A DNA stretch of 64,000 nucleotides from an uncultured virus (IMG/VR IMGVR_UViG_3300009466_000002) (Duplodnaviria; Heunggongvirae; Uroviricota; Caudoviricetes). The notes beneath the pieces are model-generated. The model saw only the letters and a program-made list of their open reading frames with translations, was not told the DNA's origin and searched no databases. The DNA lies in IMG/VR virus record IMGVR_UViG_3300009466_000002; one strand, 5' to 3'. This document shows, piece after piece, positions 1 to 8,078 of the stretch. The first letter of the stretch is position 1; every line of letters starts with the position of its first letter. Made by a program: the position numbers and the translations under genes.

Positions 1-37
1 ACCCATCGAGGCGTAAAGCGAGGCTGCGTAGCGGAGG

Positions 38-517
38 TCAGTCGCCGGGGCCCATGAGCAGGTACTGGCTGTCGCAGGAGCGTGCGCCGTGGGAGCCCTC
101 CTGGCCGGGCATCGCTTCCATTTGGTTGAGGAGGGTGCTGAGGAACTGGTCCATGCGGGCCAGGTGGACAGCGGCGTCGACCCAGTCAGTGTCGATCTCG
201 TCCTCGGTTTCGATCTGCTGCTGGCGGGCGGCGAGAGCGGCGCCGTTGAATTGGCGCCAGAGGACGGTGATGAACGCGGTGAACTCGAGGAAGGCCGCGT
301 CGGTGAGCTCGCCCTTGGTTAGCTCCGTGTGGAGGAGCTTGACCATCTTTTGGTTGCGGGGCTTGAGCTTGTCGTAGGCGGGGAAGACCTCGCGCAGCGA
401 GGGTTCGGCCAGGGCCTCGAAGAGCGCCTCGGGAGTGGCGGGGATGTCCATCGGACGGGCCCGGTTGCTCCAGGCTACGGCTGCAGGATCGACAGGCATG
501 GAAGAATGAGGGGGCAT
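38..517 (-). CDS. hypothetical early protein
   Basis: ORF with G/C-ending codon bias, co-oriented with the early cluster; start could be ATG 451. Confidence 0.7.
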   Translation of the reverse strand: MPPHSSMPVDPAAVAWSNRARPMDIPATPEALFEALAEPSLREVFPAYDKLKPRNQKMVKLLHTELTKGELTDAAFLEFTAFITVLWRQFNGAALAARQQQIETEDEIDTDWVDAAVHLARMDQFLSTLLNQMEAMPGQEGSHGARSCDSQYLLMGPGD

Positions 518-560
518 AGTCGGTTGAGGAAACTCACAGCGCCGGCTGTGTGGATGTGAT

Positions 561-589
561 GCCCCGGGGGTGAGATCCCGGGGCTTTTT
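561..589 (+). terminator. GC hairpin with T-tract (+ strand, antisense to the early genes)
   Basis: gccccggg-ggtgagat-cccggggc-ttttt. Confidence 0.5.
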
Positions 590-590
590 G

Positions 591-881
591 TCAGGCGCGG
601 CGGACGCGGTAGGTCACGATCTCGGCGCCAGCTGCGTCCATCTCCTGGACGGTGAGAGCGCCGCGGTTGAAGCGGTCGCGGTCAGCGCGGTCGAGACGGG
701 GAAGCGTGATCTCCGAGACGCAGTCGGCGTAGGTGGCGAGCCAGTAGGGCAGATGGCCGTAGACGTGGCGGTGGAGGATTTCGTCCGGGCGGACGTACTC
801 GGTGCGGTTGCCTTTGATGCCTTTGTCTTGTAGCCAGGCGAGGATAGATTCGTTGGTGAAGGTAATAACTGGATCGGACAT
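591..881 (-). CDS. hypothetical protein
   Basis: 96 aa ORF in the early cluster. Confidence 0.7.
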   Translation of the reverse strand: MSDPVITFTNESILAWLQDKGIKGNRTEYVRPDEILHRHVYGHLPYWLATYADCVSEITLPRLDRADRDRFNRGALTVQEMDAAGAEIVTYRVRRA

Positions 882-933
882 AGCGAATAAAAGACGGGTG
901 AGGACTTACTCCGTTACAGGATGCCTCGGGGAA

Positions 934-2019
934 TCAGACCAGGGCGAGGCAGGCTTCGCGGGCACGCTCGATGCGCTTAGCGCTGGAGCCGCCCCAGAGG
1001 GATTCGAGGCGGGCACGAGCGCGCTCGGTCTCGTCCTTGGCGCGGCCGGAGTCGTGGGTCTCGAACTGGGTGATGGCGTTGAACAGGCCGTAGGCGGTGC
1101 CGACGCAGCCGGGCATGGTGCGGATGCCGAGGCCGGTGTCGCCGGCGTAGTGGCTGCGGATGGTGCCGATCTCGGGGAGGTCGTTGAGGGTGCGGTCGCG
1201 CTTGTCGCCGGTGCTCTTGTCCTTGATGGGGAGGGCGAGCTTGTCGGCGTAGGTGGCTTCGAGGACGCGGCGGGCGACTTCGGTGGAGAGCTTGACGTGG
1301 GTGAGGTCGCGGAGCTGGTCGATGGATTGGGCGAAGCTGCGGCGCTCAAGGTCGATGAGGTGGGGCAGGCGCTCGGCGAAGGCGGTGACCGAGCTCGTGT
1401 GCTTCATGCGGAGGCCGCTGCCTTCGGCGACGGCGTTGGAGACGGCCTTGCCGGTGAGGAAGTTGAGCTGGTTGGCGCAGGCCAGGCGGACGTCGGAGAA
1501 GAAGATGCCGAAGGAGCTGGAGCCGTCGAAGGAATTGAAGGCGTGGAGGTAGCGGCGGACCTTGTCGCCGGGTAGGACTTCGTCTTCGACGCGGATGGAG
1601 GCGGTGGCGAAGATCTTGCGGCCGTCACGGATGGAGAGGACGTTCTCGATCTCGATGTCTTCGTGGAGATAGTCGAGGAGGTTGACCAGGGCGCTGTTTT
1701 GGACGGGGGTGTAGCCCTTGCCGTGGATGCCGAGCAGTTGGTTGGTGTCGCTGCGGACGATGGAGCAGTGCTCGAGGGATTGGATTGGGCCGTCGGGGCC
1801 CATGAAGAAGGCGGGACGCTTGTCGGCTGACCAGTCGAGGCCGGCGATGCGGAAGGCGTCGGAGGCGGTGGCGTGCTCGGGGGTCATGGTGCCGACGCGG
1901 CCGATCAGGGGGTTAACGGCGTAGCCCTTGTCGCGGTAGCGGCCGTAAACCATGGGGCCGGTGCCGTCGGCGGCGTAGGCGGTGGTGACGCGGTTGGGGG
2001 AGCTGACAGTCATTTGCAT
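934..2019 (-). CDS. DUF932 family phage/plasmid protein (TIGR03299-like)
   Basis: AGLDW, IVRSDT..LG, Y.PVQN, NSFDGSS, RLACANQL and AYGLFNAIT motifs; start moved to ATG 2019, downstream of the promoter. Confidence 0.85.
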   Translation of the reverse strand: MQMTVSSPNRVTTAYAADGTGPMVYGRYRDKGYAVNPLIGRVGTMTPEHATASDAFRIAGLDWSADKRPAFFMGPDGPIQSLEHCSIVRSDTNQLLGIHGKGYTPVQNSALVNLLDYLHEDIEIENVLSIRDGRKIFATASIRVEDEVLPGDKVRRYLHAFNSFDGSSSFGIFFSDVRLACANQLNFLTGKAVSNAVAEGSGLRMKHTSSVTAFAERLPHLIDLERRSFAQSIDQLRDLTHVKLSTEVARRVLEATYADKLALPIKDKSTGDKRDRTLNDLPEIGTIRSHYAGDTGLGIRTMPGCVGTAYGLFNAITQFETHDSGRAKDETERARARLESLWGGSSAKRIERAREACLALV

Positions 2020-2120
2020 AGTCCGAGGTGAGTTGCGGCGTGAGGCGCCGGTGTGGATGCGATGCGTTGGTGACCGAGGCGCATCCCTCGGGAGGACGGG
2101 GCGTGCGGCCCACAAAGGAC

Positions 2121-2159
2121 AAGGTAGGGGGGATAGGCCGGAACGTCAACCTATTCAGG
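2121..2159 (-). promoter_or_regulatory. sigma70-like promoter with conserved upstream box CCTGAATRRG
   Basis: minus strand CCTGAATAGG-TTGACG-17 nt-TACCTT; the same 15-mer recurs at 3866-3880 and 14101-14115. Confidence 0.65.
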
Positions 2160-2164
2160 ATGGG

Positions 2165-2335
2165 TTACTTCTTTTCGGGGAAAAGGAGCTCGATGCCGCG
2201 CTCGAGCAGGTAGGCCATGAGGTTGGAGGTGGAGCGGCCCTGGTTGTCCGCCAGGGAGACGATCTGTTGATAGACGCTGTAGGGGAGGGTGATGGTGACC
2301 CTGTGGCTGGAGCGGAACATGGGGTTGTTGGTCAT
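2165..2335 (-). CDS. ribbon-helix-helix (CopG-like) regulator
   Basis: RVTITLPYSVYQQIVSLADNQGRSTSNLMAYLLE; ATG overlaps the upstream stop. Confidence 0.75.
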   Translation of the reverse strand: MTNNPMFRSSHRVTITLPYSVYQQIVSLADNQGRSTSNLMAYLLERGIELLFPEKK

Positions 2336-2613
2336 GGGGTAGGGGCGCTGTCGAGCGCTTCGTAGTGGATGTAGGCCGACCAGAAGTCGGCGTAGCCCTC
2401 GTCCTCGGGGAAGGGGCGGGCTTCGAGTTCCCATTCGGACTCGTGGACGCCGTCTGGGGAATACCAACCGCCCTCGTCGCCGGACCAGCCGGCGCGGGAG
2501 CGGATGGAGTCGATGCGGTCTTGCTCGCGCATGGCGGCCTCTGCTGCGCCGAGGTGGTCGTACCAGTTGGGACGGCGCTCCAGTTGGAGCAGGTTGAAAG
2601 CGGGGTCAGTCAT
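2332..2613 (-). CDS. hypothetical protein
   Basis: 93 aa ORF with ATGA overlaps at both ends. Confidence 0.75.
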   Translation of the reverse strand: MTDPAFNLLQLERRPNWYDHLGAAEAAMREQDRIDSIRSRAGWSGDEGGWYSPDGVHESEWELEARPFPEDEGYADFWSAYIHYEALDSAPTP

Positions 2614-2867
2614 TCGCCGAGGTGGATGAGGTGGGCTTCGAGGTACTGCTGGACGTCGCGGAGGCGAGAGCGCATCACGTCGCGTTGCGTCGTGGCTTGG
2701 GGCCAGGCGCCGGGGCCGGCGACGTAGTAGTCGCGGGCGTTGTGCTCGATTTCGTTGAAGGTGCGGATGGCCTGCTGCAGGGCGCGGTAGGCGTTGCCGT
2801 AGCCCTCGGCCAGCATCTGGCGGGAGGTGCCGTTGAGGTGGACGGTGGGAAGGGTGAGGTCAGGCAT
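2610..2867 (-). CDS. conserved phage hypothetical protein
   Basis: MPDLTLPTVHLNGTS...HNARDYY; coupled to neighbours. Confidence 0.75.
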   Translation of the reverse strand: MPDLTLPTVHLNGTSRQMLAEGYGNAYRALQQAIRTFNEIEHNARDYYVAGPGAWPQATTQRDVMRSRLRDVQQYLEAHLIHLGE

Positions 2868-2871
2868 GGCG

Positions 2872-3075
2872 TTAGGCGGTGTAGTAGCGGGAGTCGGGGC
2901 CGTACTCGGTGAGGAGGTGGGCGAAAGCGCCTTCGAGGCGGCGCTTGTTGTTTTGGTCGGCTTTGAACCACGCCTGGGCGAGGGCGGAGCAGAAGCCGCC
3001 GCCGTGGCGCTCCATGGCGGCGAAGGTGCGGAACTGGGTCTGCGCGTCAAGCGCGGCGAAGGTGGCGGGGCTCAT
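2872..3075 (-). CDS. conserved small phage protein
   Basis: MERHGGGFCSALAQAWFKAD..N..RL..AF pattern, familiar from phage early regions. Confidence 0.75.
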   Translation of the reverse strand: MSPATFAALDAQTQFRTFAAMERHGGGFCSALAQAWFKADQNNKRRLEGAFAHLLTEYGPDSRYYTA

Positions 3076-3434
3076 TTGGATTCGGTGGCGGTGAGGGCGA
3101 CGTAGAAGGAGGGGGTATTGGTGGCGATGCCGCGGGATTGCTCCCACTTCTGGGTGATCTGGAGGGCTTGCATGTCGCGCTCGGTGTCGGGGCTGTAGGT
3201 CCAGCGGGCGCGGGTTTTGAGGACGCAGGAGATGTCGCCGAGGCCGACGTTGGTGAGGTGGCGCGACTGCATGTGCTCCTGGAGCCAGGTGCGCTCGATG
3301 TCGTACTGGGCCTGGAGCTCCTGGATCTGGAGTTGGAGGGAGCGCGCTCGGGAGAGGTGTTGGCCGACGTCGCCGGCGGGGGAGTAGGCGCGTTTGCGCC
3401 GGGCGCGGGGCGCCGGGGAAAGGGTGGTGGTCAC
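3072..3434 (-). CDS. hypothetical protein (coiled coil)
   Basis: GTG start at 3434; stop overlaps the next ATG. Confidence 0.65.
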   Translation of the reverse strand: MTTTLSPAPRARRKRAYSPAGDVGQHLSRARSLQLQIQELQAQYDIERTWLQEHMQSRHLTNVGLGDISCVLKTRARWTYSPDTERDMQALQITQKWEQSRGIATNTPSFYVALTATESK

Positions 3435-3477
3435 AGCGTTGAGAGGATGTGAAAAGGGACCGCGTGAGGCGCGGGGC

Positions 3478-3684
3478 TCAATCAGTGCAGAGCAGTTGGC
3501 GCATGGTGAAGGGCTCACCGCGCTCGGCGTAGGTGCGGAGGATGGCGTCGACCTCGTGGGGGTCGTCGACCCAGTGCTCGTGGTCGGCGTCGTCTGAGAG
3601 GAAGTGCCAGACGGGGTGGGGCTCTGGGGCCGAGGCGTCGTCCTCGGGTGGGCAGAGCGGGCGGGGATCAGGGCAGTAGGTCAT
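3478..3684 (-). CDS. hypothetical protein
   Basis: MTYCPDPRPLCPPED...; ATGA overlap. Confidence 0.65.
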   Translation of the reverse strand: MTYCPDPRPLCPPEDDASAPEPHPVWHFLSDDADHEHWVDDPHEVDAILRTYAERGEPFTMRQLLCTD

Positions 3685-3857
3685 GGGCCTGCGTAGAGGG
3701 TTGGTGTTGGCGGCAGGGTTTGCGTTGGGTGGCGCATGCCGTGGTCGATGGCCATGCCGGCGAGGGCAAGGCCGAGGAGGAAGCCGGCGAGCTGCTCGGC
3801 TGCGATCCAGGGGGGCATGAGGCGGCGGCGGGGGCTTCTGCAGTGTGCTCGTGTCAT
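3681..3857 (-). CDS. small membrane protein (58 aa, below the ORF-track cutoff)
   Basis: MTRAHCRSPRRRLMPPWIAAEQLAGFLLGLALAGMAIDHG...; one hydrophobic helix; TGA overlaps the next ATG. Confidence 0.6.
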   Translation of the reverse strand: MTRAHCRSPRRRLMPPWIAAEQLAGFLLGLALAGMAIDHGMRHPTQTLPPTPTLYAGP

Positions 3858-3865
3858 GGGTAGAG

Positions 3866-3880
3866 GTCAACTCATTCAGG
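3866..3880 (-). promoter_or_regulatory. copy of CCTGAATRRGTTGAC promoter/operator box
   Basis: minus strand CCTGAATGAGTTGAC; -10 element weak. Confidence 0.5.
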
Positions 3881-3882
3881 AA

Positions 3883-4584
3883 TCAGTTACGCAGGGCCAC
3901 GCGAGAAGCGCGGGAGCCGTGGGCGTGGATCACGACGTTGGCGGAGGCGCCATCGCAGAGGGTGCAGGCGGCGCAGGTGGTTTTGTGGCCGCGCTCGGCT
4001 GAGGCGGCGCAGTGGACGGTGCCGGCCGGGGCGGGGGCATCGGCGGGGGTGACGAGGAACGTCGACCAGCCGTGGGCGGTGGCGTCGAGGTAGTCGGCGA
4101 AGCCGTCGCAGCTGGCTTGGAGAAGGCCGCAGGCCCAGGCGGCGAGCGGTTGGCGCCACTGGTGGGTGTAGCCGGTGTGAGCTGAGCAGCGGCGCAGCGG
4201 CTCGCGCCAGACGTGCTCGGGGGCGGCGCAGGGGTCACCGCCGGAACCGACGCGGAGCAGCACGCCGTCGAAGTCGGACGGCGAAGCCTGGGCGTAGCCG
4301 GCGCCGTGGTGCCAGCAGTTCCAGACGGAGAGCGGGGCCTGCCACCAGGAGACGTAGCAGGTGTCGTCGAGGAAGTGGGGGCAGTCGCCGCAGACGCTGG
4401 CCCCTTCTGGGCCCGCGAAAGCGTGGTGCGGGGGGATGTCGGCGCGGAGGATCCAGGTTTGGATCATCGAGCCGGTCTTGGCGTTGGCGGTGCGCTCGGC
4501 GAAGCCGGTGGCGATGACGACGATGGGGGCGCCGTCGAGCATGGACGGGCCCTCGTAGAGGACTCGCCCGTTGGGGTTGGTCAT
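3883..4584 (-). CDS. Cys-rich phage protein (DUF7227/Gp88-like, possible Fe-S protein)
   Basis: N.KTG.M.QT.IL, CGDCPH...CYV, LRVGSGGDP, HTGYTHQW, TTCAACTLC. Confidence 0.7.
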   Translation of the reverse strand: MTNPNGRVLYEGPSMLDGAPIVVIATGFAERTANAKTGSMIQTWILRADIPPHHAFAGPEGASVCGDCPHFLDDTCYVSWWQAPLSVWNCWHHGAGYAQASPSDFDGVLLRVGSGGDPCAAPEHVWREPLRRCSAHTGYTHQWRQPLAAWACGLLQASCDGFADYLDATAHGWSTFLVTPADAPAPAGTVHCAASAERGHKTTCAACTLCDGASANVVIHAHGSRASRVALRN

Positions 4585-4618
4585 GACGTAGCGAAGTGGA
4601 TGAGCGAAGGGGCTCTAC

Positions 4619-5008
4619 TCAGAGCGGGTAGTTCTGCCAGCCGTAGCCGGGGCGAAGGACATAGAGGTGCTCGCAGCCGTAGTCGCGCCAGTGGGCTTTG
4701 GCGTCTGCAAGAGAGCGCGATTGGTGCGGAGGGTCGGCGTAGTCACCATCTGCGGTGCTCCAGGGACCATCGCCGCGTTCCGCGTGGTACAGCGGCTGCG
4801 GGTCACGTTTGATGTCGGAGTCCCACGTTTGATCGGTCTCAAGCGATGACATCGAGCCCGGCTTGATGAGGGCCTGGACCTTGGGCTTGCTGTAGTAGCG
4901 GCGGGCCAGGATCGGCACTTGATGTTCGGGGGCGCCGTCCCAATGGCAGTAGACGGCAGTGATGTAGCCACGCGGGGAGGCGTAGCCGATGGCGGAGCGG
5001 GTGGCCAT
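4619..5008 (-). CDS. conserved phage protein (TRS.IG...YCHWDG family)
   Basis: MATRSAIG...VYCHWDG.P signature. Confidence 0.8.
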   Translation of the reverse strand: MATRSAIGYASPRGYITAVYCHWDGAPEHQVPILARRYYSKPKVQALIKPGSMSSLETDQTWDSDIKRDPQPLYHAERGDGPWSTADGDYADPPHQSRSLADAKAHWRDYGCEHLYVLRPGYGWQNYPL

Positions 5009-5014
5009 AGCAAG

Positions 5015-5215
5015 TCAGTAGGCGTGATCAAGCAGCAGGAAGTCGGCGGCGAGGCGCTTGGCCTCACACAAGGTGGGGGCGGTTGTCATCTCGCCGTGCT
5101 CGGTGAGGATGCGCCAGTCGCGCTCGGTGGGAAGCGGGGCGAGGATCATTCCGCAGAGGGCGCGGTTGAGGCGGACGACGTAGCCGCCGAGGTGGCGGGT
5201 GAAGGTGAGGGTCAT
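5015..5215 (-). CDS. hypothetical protein
   Basis: MTLTFTRHLGG..., 66 aa. Confidence 0.6.
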   Translation of the reverse strand: MTLTFTRHLGGYVVRLNRALCGMILAPLPTERDWRILTEHGEMTTAPTLCEAKRLAADFLLLDHAY

Positions 5216-5219
5216 GGCG

Positions 5220-5423
5220 CTAGGCGCGGGGGTCGGGGGTGAGGCCGAGCTCGTGGAGGATTTGGCCGGTGGAGAAGTAAGGCGAGCGGCTCGCGGTGGC
5301 GCCGGCAAAGCGCCACGAGCAGAAGGTGCCGGACCAGTAGAGGTCGGTGGGGTCCACACCTACGGAGCGGAGTTGATCGGGGGAAACGGGCGGGGTAGCC
5401 GGATTGCGGAAGTGGGTTTGCAT
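5220..5423 (-). CDS. hypothetical protein
   Basis: 67 aa ORF, tightly packed. Confidence 0.65.
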   Translation of the reverse strand: MQTHFRNPATPPVSPDQLRSVGVDPTDLYWSGTFCSWRFAGATASRSPYFSTGQILHELGLTPDPRA

Positions 5424-5429
5424 GGCGGA

Positions 5430-5612
5430 TCAGTAGGCGTTGAAAGCGTCTTCGGGGATGCACTCCTCGATGTGGAAGGTGCAGTCCGGGTGGCGGCGGG
5501 TTAGGCCGGCTAGTTCCAGCACGACATCGGCACGGCTCCACCCCCAGATACCGGTGGGGGCGGTGCGGGTGCCGAGCTCGTCGGTGATGGTGCAGATGAT
5601 CTCGTAGGTCAT
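5430..5612 (-). CDS. hypothetical protein
   Basis: MTYEIICTITDE...; ATGA overlap. Confidence 0.6.
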   Translation of the reverse strand: MTYEIICTITDELGTRTAPTGIWGWSRADVVLELAGLTRRHPDCTFHIEECIPEDAFNAY

Positions 5613-5806
5613 GCTTTTGCCCAGTAGCCGTTGCATTCGTGGCCGTGCTCGGTGCGGCGGTATCCCGTGTATTGGGAGGGGTCGCGGTAGCGCCAGGTAT
5701 TCCAGTTGCGGCAGGTGTGCTGCTCGTAAGCGGCAATGACGGCCTGCGCGGGAGAGAGGGTGTAGGCGAAGGTCTCGCCCGTGTCGATGCGGTGGACTGT
5801 GGTCAT
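5609..5806 (-). CDS. hypothetical protein
   Basis: MTTVHRIDTGETFAYTLSP..AVIAAYEQ...NWNTW. Confidence 0.65.
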   Translation of the reverse strand: MTTVHRIDTGETFAYTLSPAQAVIAAYEQHTCRNWNTWRYRDPSQYTGYRRTEHGHECNGYWAKA

Positions 5807-5829
5807 GGCTTGTGCAGTTTCGGAATGGG

Positions 5830-6060
5830 TCAGCGATGGCGCAGCGCGGCTGGGAGCTGGCGGTTCCGGCGCGTCAGCTCCATGCCATAGGTGGCGGCTT
5901 GATCGAGGTAGTAGCCCTCGCGGGCGGGATTCCAGCCGGCCATACCGGCGGCGGCCTGGTGGCAGTCGGCCACGATGTAGCGGAGGGAGTAGGCGTCGAG
6001 GGTGACCGCGTGGGACTCCCAGCGAGCGAAGTGCTCGGCGGTGGCGTGCTCGGTGATCAC
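5830..6060 (-). CDS. hypothetical protein
   Basis: 76 aa; GTGA overlap. Confidence 0.7.
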   Translation of the reverse strand: MITEHATAEHFARWESHAVTLDAYSLRYIVADCHQAAAGMAGWNPAREGYYLDQAATYGMELTRRNRQLPAALRHR

Positions 6061-6278
6061 TGGCCGGCCTCGATGAGGGAGAACAGTTCTGCCTTGCAGG
6101 CGGAGACGGTGGGGGCAACCACGGTGTGGAGACGGTAGAGACCGTGGAAGGTGCCGTCGACCATCTCGGTGATGAGGGCGATGGCTTGCGGGTTGGTGCC
6201 CGCGGGGCGCTCAATGTCGGCGCGCCAGATGAATTCCAGATAGCCGGGGCAGGTGGCCCGGCGGGAGTCGAAACGCAT
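6057..6278 (-). CDS. hypothetical protein, first gene of the early operon
   Basis: MRFDSRRATCPGY...; ATG at 6278. Confidence 0.6.
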   Translation of the reverse strand: MRFDSRRATCPGYLEFIWRADIERPAGTNPQAIALITEMVDGTFHGLYRLHTVVAPTVSACKAELFSLIEAGQ

Positions 6279-6299
6279 GGCTGAACTCACAGCTAGAGG

Positions 6300-6868
6300 G
6301 ATAGAGATGCAAAGCACCTCAGCCAAAAGACCCCCGGACGCAGCGCGCCAGGGGGAACTTCTGGGGGAGATGGTTTGTGCCCGGCAGAGCCGTGTGCCGG
6401 GGCTTGGCCGTCCTAGTGAAGCCGGAGCGGCGGGCTGCCCTATGGGCGTATCTGCAGACCGGGCGTTAAGGGGCCGGCGCACCCGCTGTGATCCCTGTCG
6501 GGAGCAGCGTTGATCCCCCTGCAGCAGCGGGATCGGTAAAAACACTTGCAGCGCGCCCTCCTGCAGGAGGTTCCGCGTTCGCCTACCTGCCCCCAGCCAT
6601 CGGTCGTCCGGCCGACCTCGGTTCGCCCATTGTTCTGGCGTCGAGGTTCCTTTACGGCGGGCACGATCGTGTTCGGTGTGATCCGAACAGGCCGTACGTG
6701 AGGTGCAGGAGCTAGCGCCCAGTCAGTTTGGGCACACTGCAGCTATAGCTCCGGGTACCGCCCGGCCGGCCGCGCTTAATCGGTTGCGCAATGGGTCACT
6801 ACATAGGCAGATCACAAATAGGTTGAACAGGGATCGAACTGCGCGGCTGGCGCCGGTTTCGTTCGATG
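6300..6868 (-). ncRNA. candidate large structured leader or ncRNA
   Basis: About 10 local hairpins plus long-range complements (6314-6321/6699-6706, 6361-6367/6590-6596); no credible ORF; lies directly downstream of two promoters. Confidence 0.45.
6325..6355 (-). terminator. terminator-like hairpin at the 3' end of the leader
   Basis: minus strand CCCCCTGG-10 nt-CCGGGGG-TCTTTT. Confidence 0.45.
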
Positions 6869-6873
6869 GCAGT

Positions 6874-6903
6874 AGCCTTGCACAGGGCCCGGCTGTTTGT
6901 CAA
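6874..6903 (-). promoter_or_regulatory. early promoter P1
   Basis: GGG-TTGACA-18 nt-AAGGCT, preceded by CTGTGC. Confidence 0.55.
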
Positions 6904-6998
6904 CCCTTGCCTTTCAGCTGGGTTGATCGACCGGGAGCCGGCGGGAGCCTGCCCCTATGGGGTCAAGGCTCTCAGGCCGATTCCTGATCGATGTGCCA

Positions 6999-7027
6999 AG
7001 CATTGCACAGCTGCCAGGCAAGGTCAA
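6999..7027 (-). promoter_or_regulatory. early promoter P2
   Basis: GGG-TTGACC-17 nt-AATGCT, with the same CTGTGCAAKGCT as P1. Confidence 0.5.
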
Positions 7028-7045
7028 CCCCTCTGAGTATGTCTA

Positions 7046-7123
7046 CTGAGACTCAGGATGGGACAGCTTGAGAGCCTATAGAGGATAGTGTCTCATCGAG
7101 TCTCATGCGCCGCAGAGCGAGAC
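7046..7123. repeat. cluster of TGAGAC/GTCTCA hexamers
   Basis: tgagac 7047, gtctca 7090 and 7100, cgagac 7118, palindrome ctgagactcag. Confidence 0.45.
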
Positions 7124-7189
7124 TGCTCTCTATGAGGTGAAAAGCACATCCACCAGGGTAGAAAAAATGTATGTATATGTACTGATCCC

Positions 7190-7603
7190 TTAGCCTATTC
7201 TGGCTTTATTTATTAGCCCGTTCACTATGTCAGCTGGACGACATTTTTGGGCTAAGCACTCGGTGTCGAGCCACTTCTTGTTGCTCGGAGTCAGCGTTAA
7301 TGACAAACGCAACTTTGCGTGCTCCTCGCGTAGCTCTTTGTTGGTACGGGACTGTGCGATACGTGCTGACGTGGAGCGCCACAGGTCGAGTGTCCCGGGC
7401 TCAAGGTCACCACGCTCGGTGGCGGACTGGAGCCGATTGAGAACGGCTTGGCGCGAAATGCCATGCACCTTGCCGACATCAGACCATTTCACAAAACCAT
7501 GAGCCTCGTAAAGACGCTCACAGGTGCTGACTAGGTCCTTTAGGTCTGTGTACTTAGGTATTCCCATTTGAGCAGCCTTGCACGCGCGCCAACGCTCCGT
7601 CAA
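7190..7603 (-). CDS. DNA-binding protein (HTH plus C-terminal RHH-like), lower GC
   Basis: WSDVGKVHGISRQAVLNRL (HTH); LSLTLTPSNKKWLD...RPADIVNGLI (RHH-like). Confidence 0.65.
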   Translation of the reverse strand: MTERWRACKAAQMGIPKYTDLKDLVSTCERLYEAHGFVKWSDVGKVHGISRQAVLNRLQSATERGDLEPGTLDLWRSTSARIAQSRTNKELREEHAKLRLSLTLTPSNKKWLDTECLAQKCRPADIVNGLINKARIG

Positions 7604-7806
7604 CCCTCTCGGTAGTCGCTGGCGCTGGGGGCGTGGTACAGGGCTTCGAGGTGGGAGACGTAGTCGAGTTGTGCGCCCTCGTAGGGAGGGTCGTCCTCGG
7701 GGCGGGGCTGTTGGACGATGATGCGGTCAATGCGGGGGCTGCGGAGCAGGAAGCGGAGCAGGGCGAGTTCGTACCAGCGCAGGGGGATGTAGGGCTCGGG
7801 GCTCAT
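7600..7806 (-). CDS. hypothetical protein
   Basis: MSPEPYIPLRWYE...; overlaps neighbours by 4 nt. Confidence 0.65.
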   Translation of the reverse strand: MSPEPYIPLRWYELALLRFLLRSPRIDRIIVQQPRPEDDPPYEGAQLDYVSHLEALYHAPSASDYREG

Positions 7807-8078
7807 GGTTCGTCGTCGGGGAGACCTTTGTGGAGGAGTAGCGGGGTGGAGGGGCCGAGCCAGGAGCCTTCGCATTGGGTGGTGACGTACTCGGTGGCTT
7901 CTTCTTCGTCCATGTCGTACCAGTGCATGGTGGCGGTAACGCAGCGGCCGAAGTCGTAGATGGCGAGGGGTTCGGGGTCGCCGGGGCGTTGGGCGTGGCC
8001 GAGGAGGGCGAAGTCGTAGACGAGGCGGGGGTAGAGGAAGAGGGGACCCGCGGGGTGGTCAGGGTCGCGGATCAGCAT
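7803..8078 (-). CDS. conserved phage hypothetical protein
   Basis: AIYD...MDEEEATEY....EGSWLGPSTP motif. Confidence 0.75.
   Translation of the reverse strand: MLIRDPDHPAGPLFLYPRLVYDFALLGHAQRPGDPEPLAIYDFGRCVTATMHWYDMDEEEATEYVTTQCEGSWLGPSTPLLLHKGLPDDEP

Noticed and set aside
2165..2613. RHH toxin-antitoxin pair
   Set aside because: The neighbours of the RHH genes show no recognisable toxin motif.
6279..7189. Short ORFs, CRISPR mini-array or self-splicing intron in the non-coding region
   Set aside because: The ORFs lack codon bias; no regularly spaced direct repeats; no P7 or domain V signatures seen by eye.
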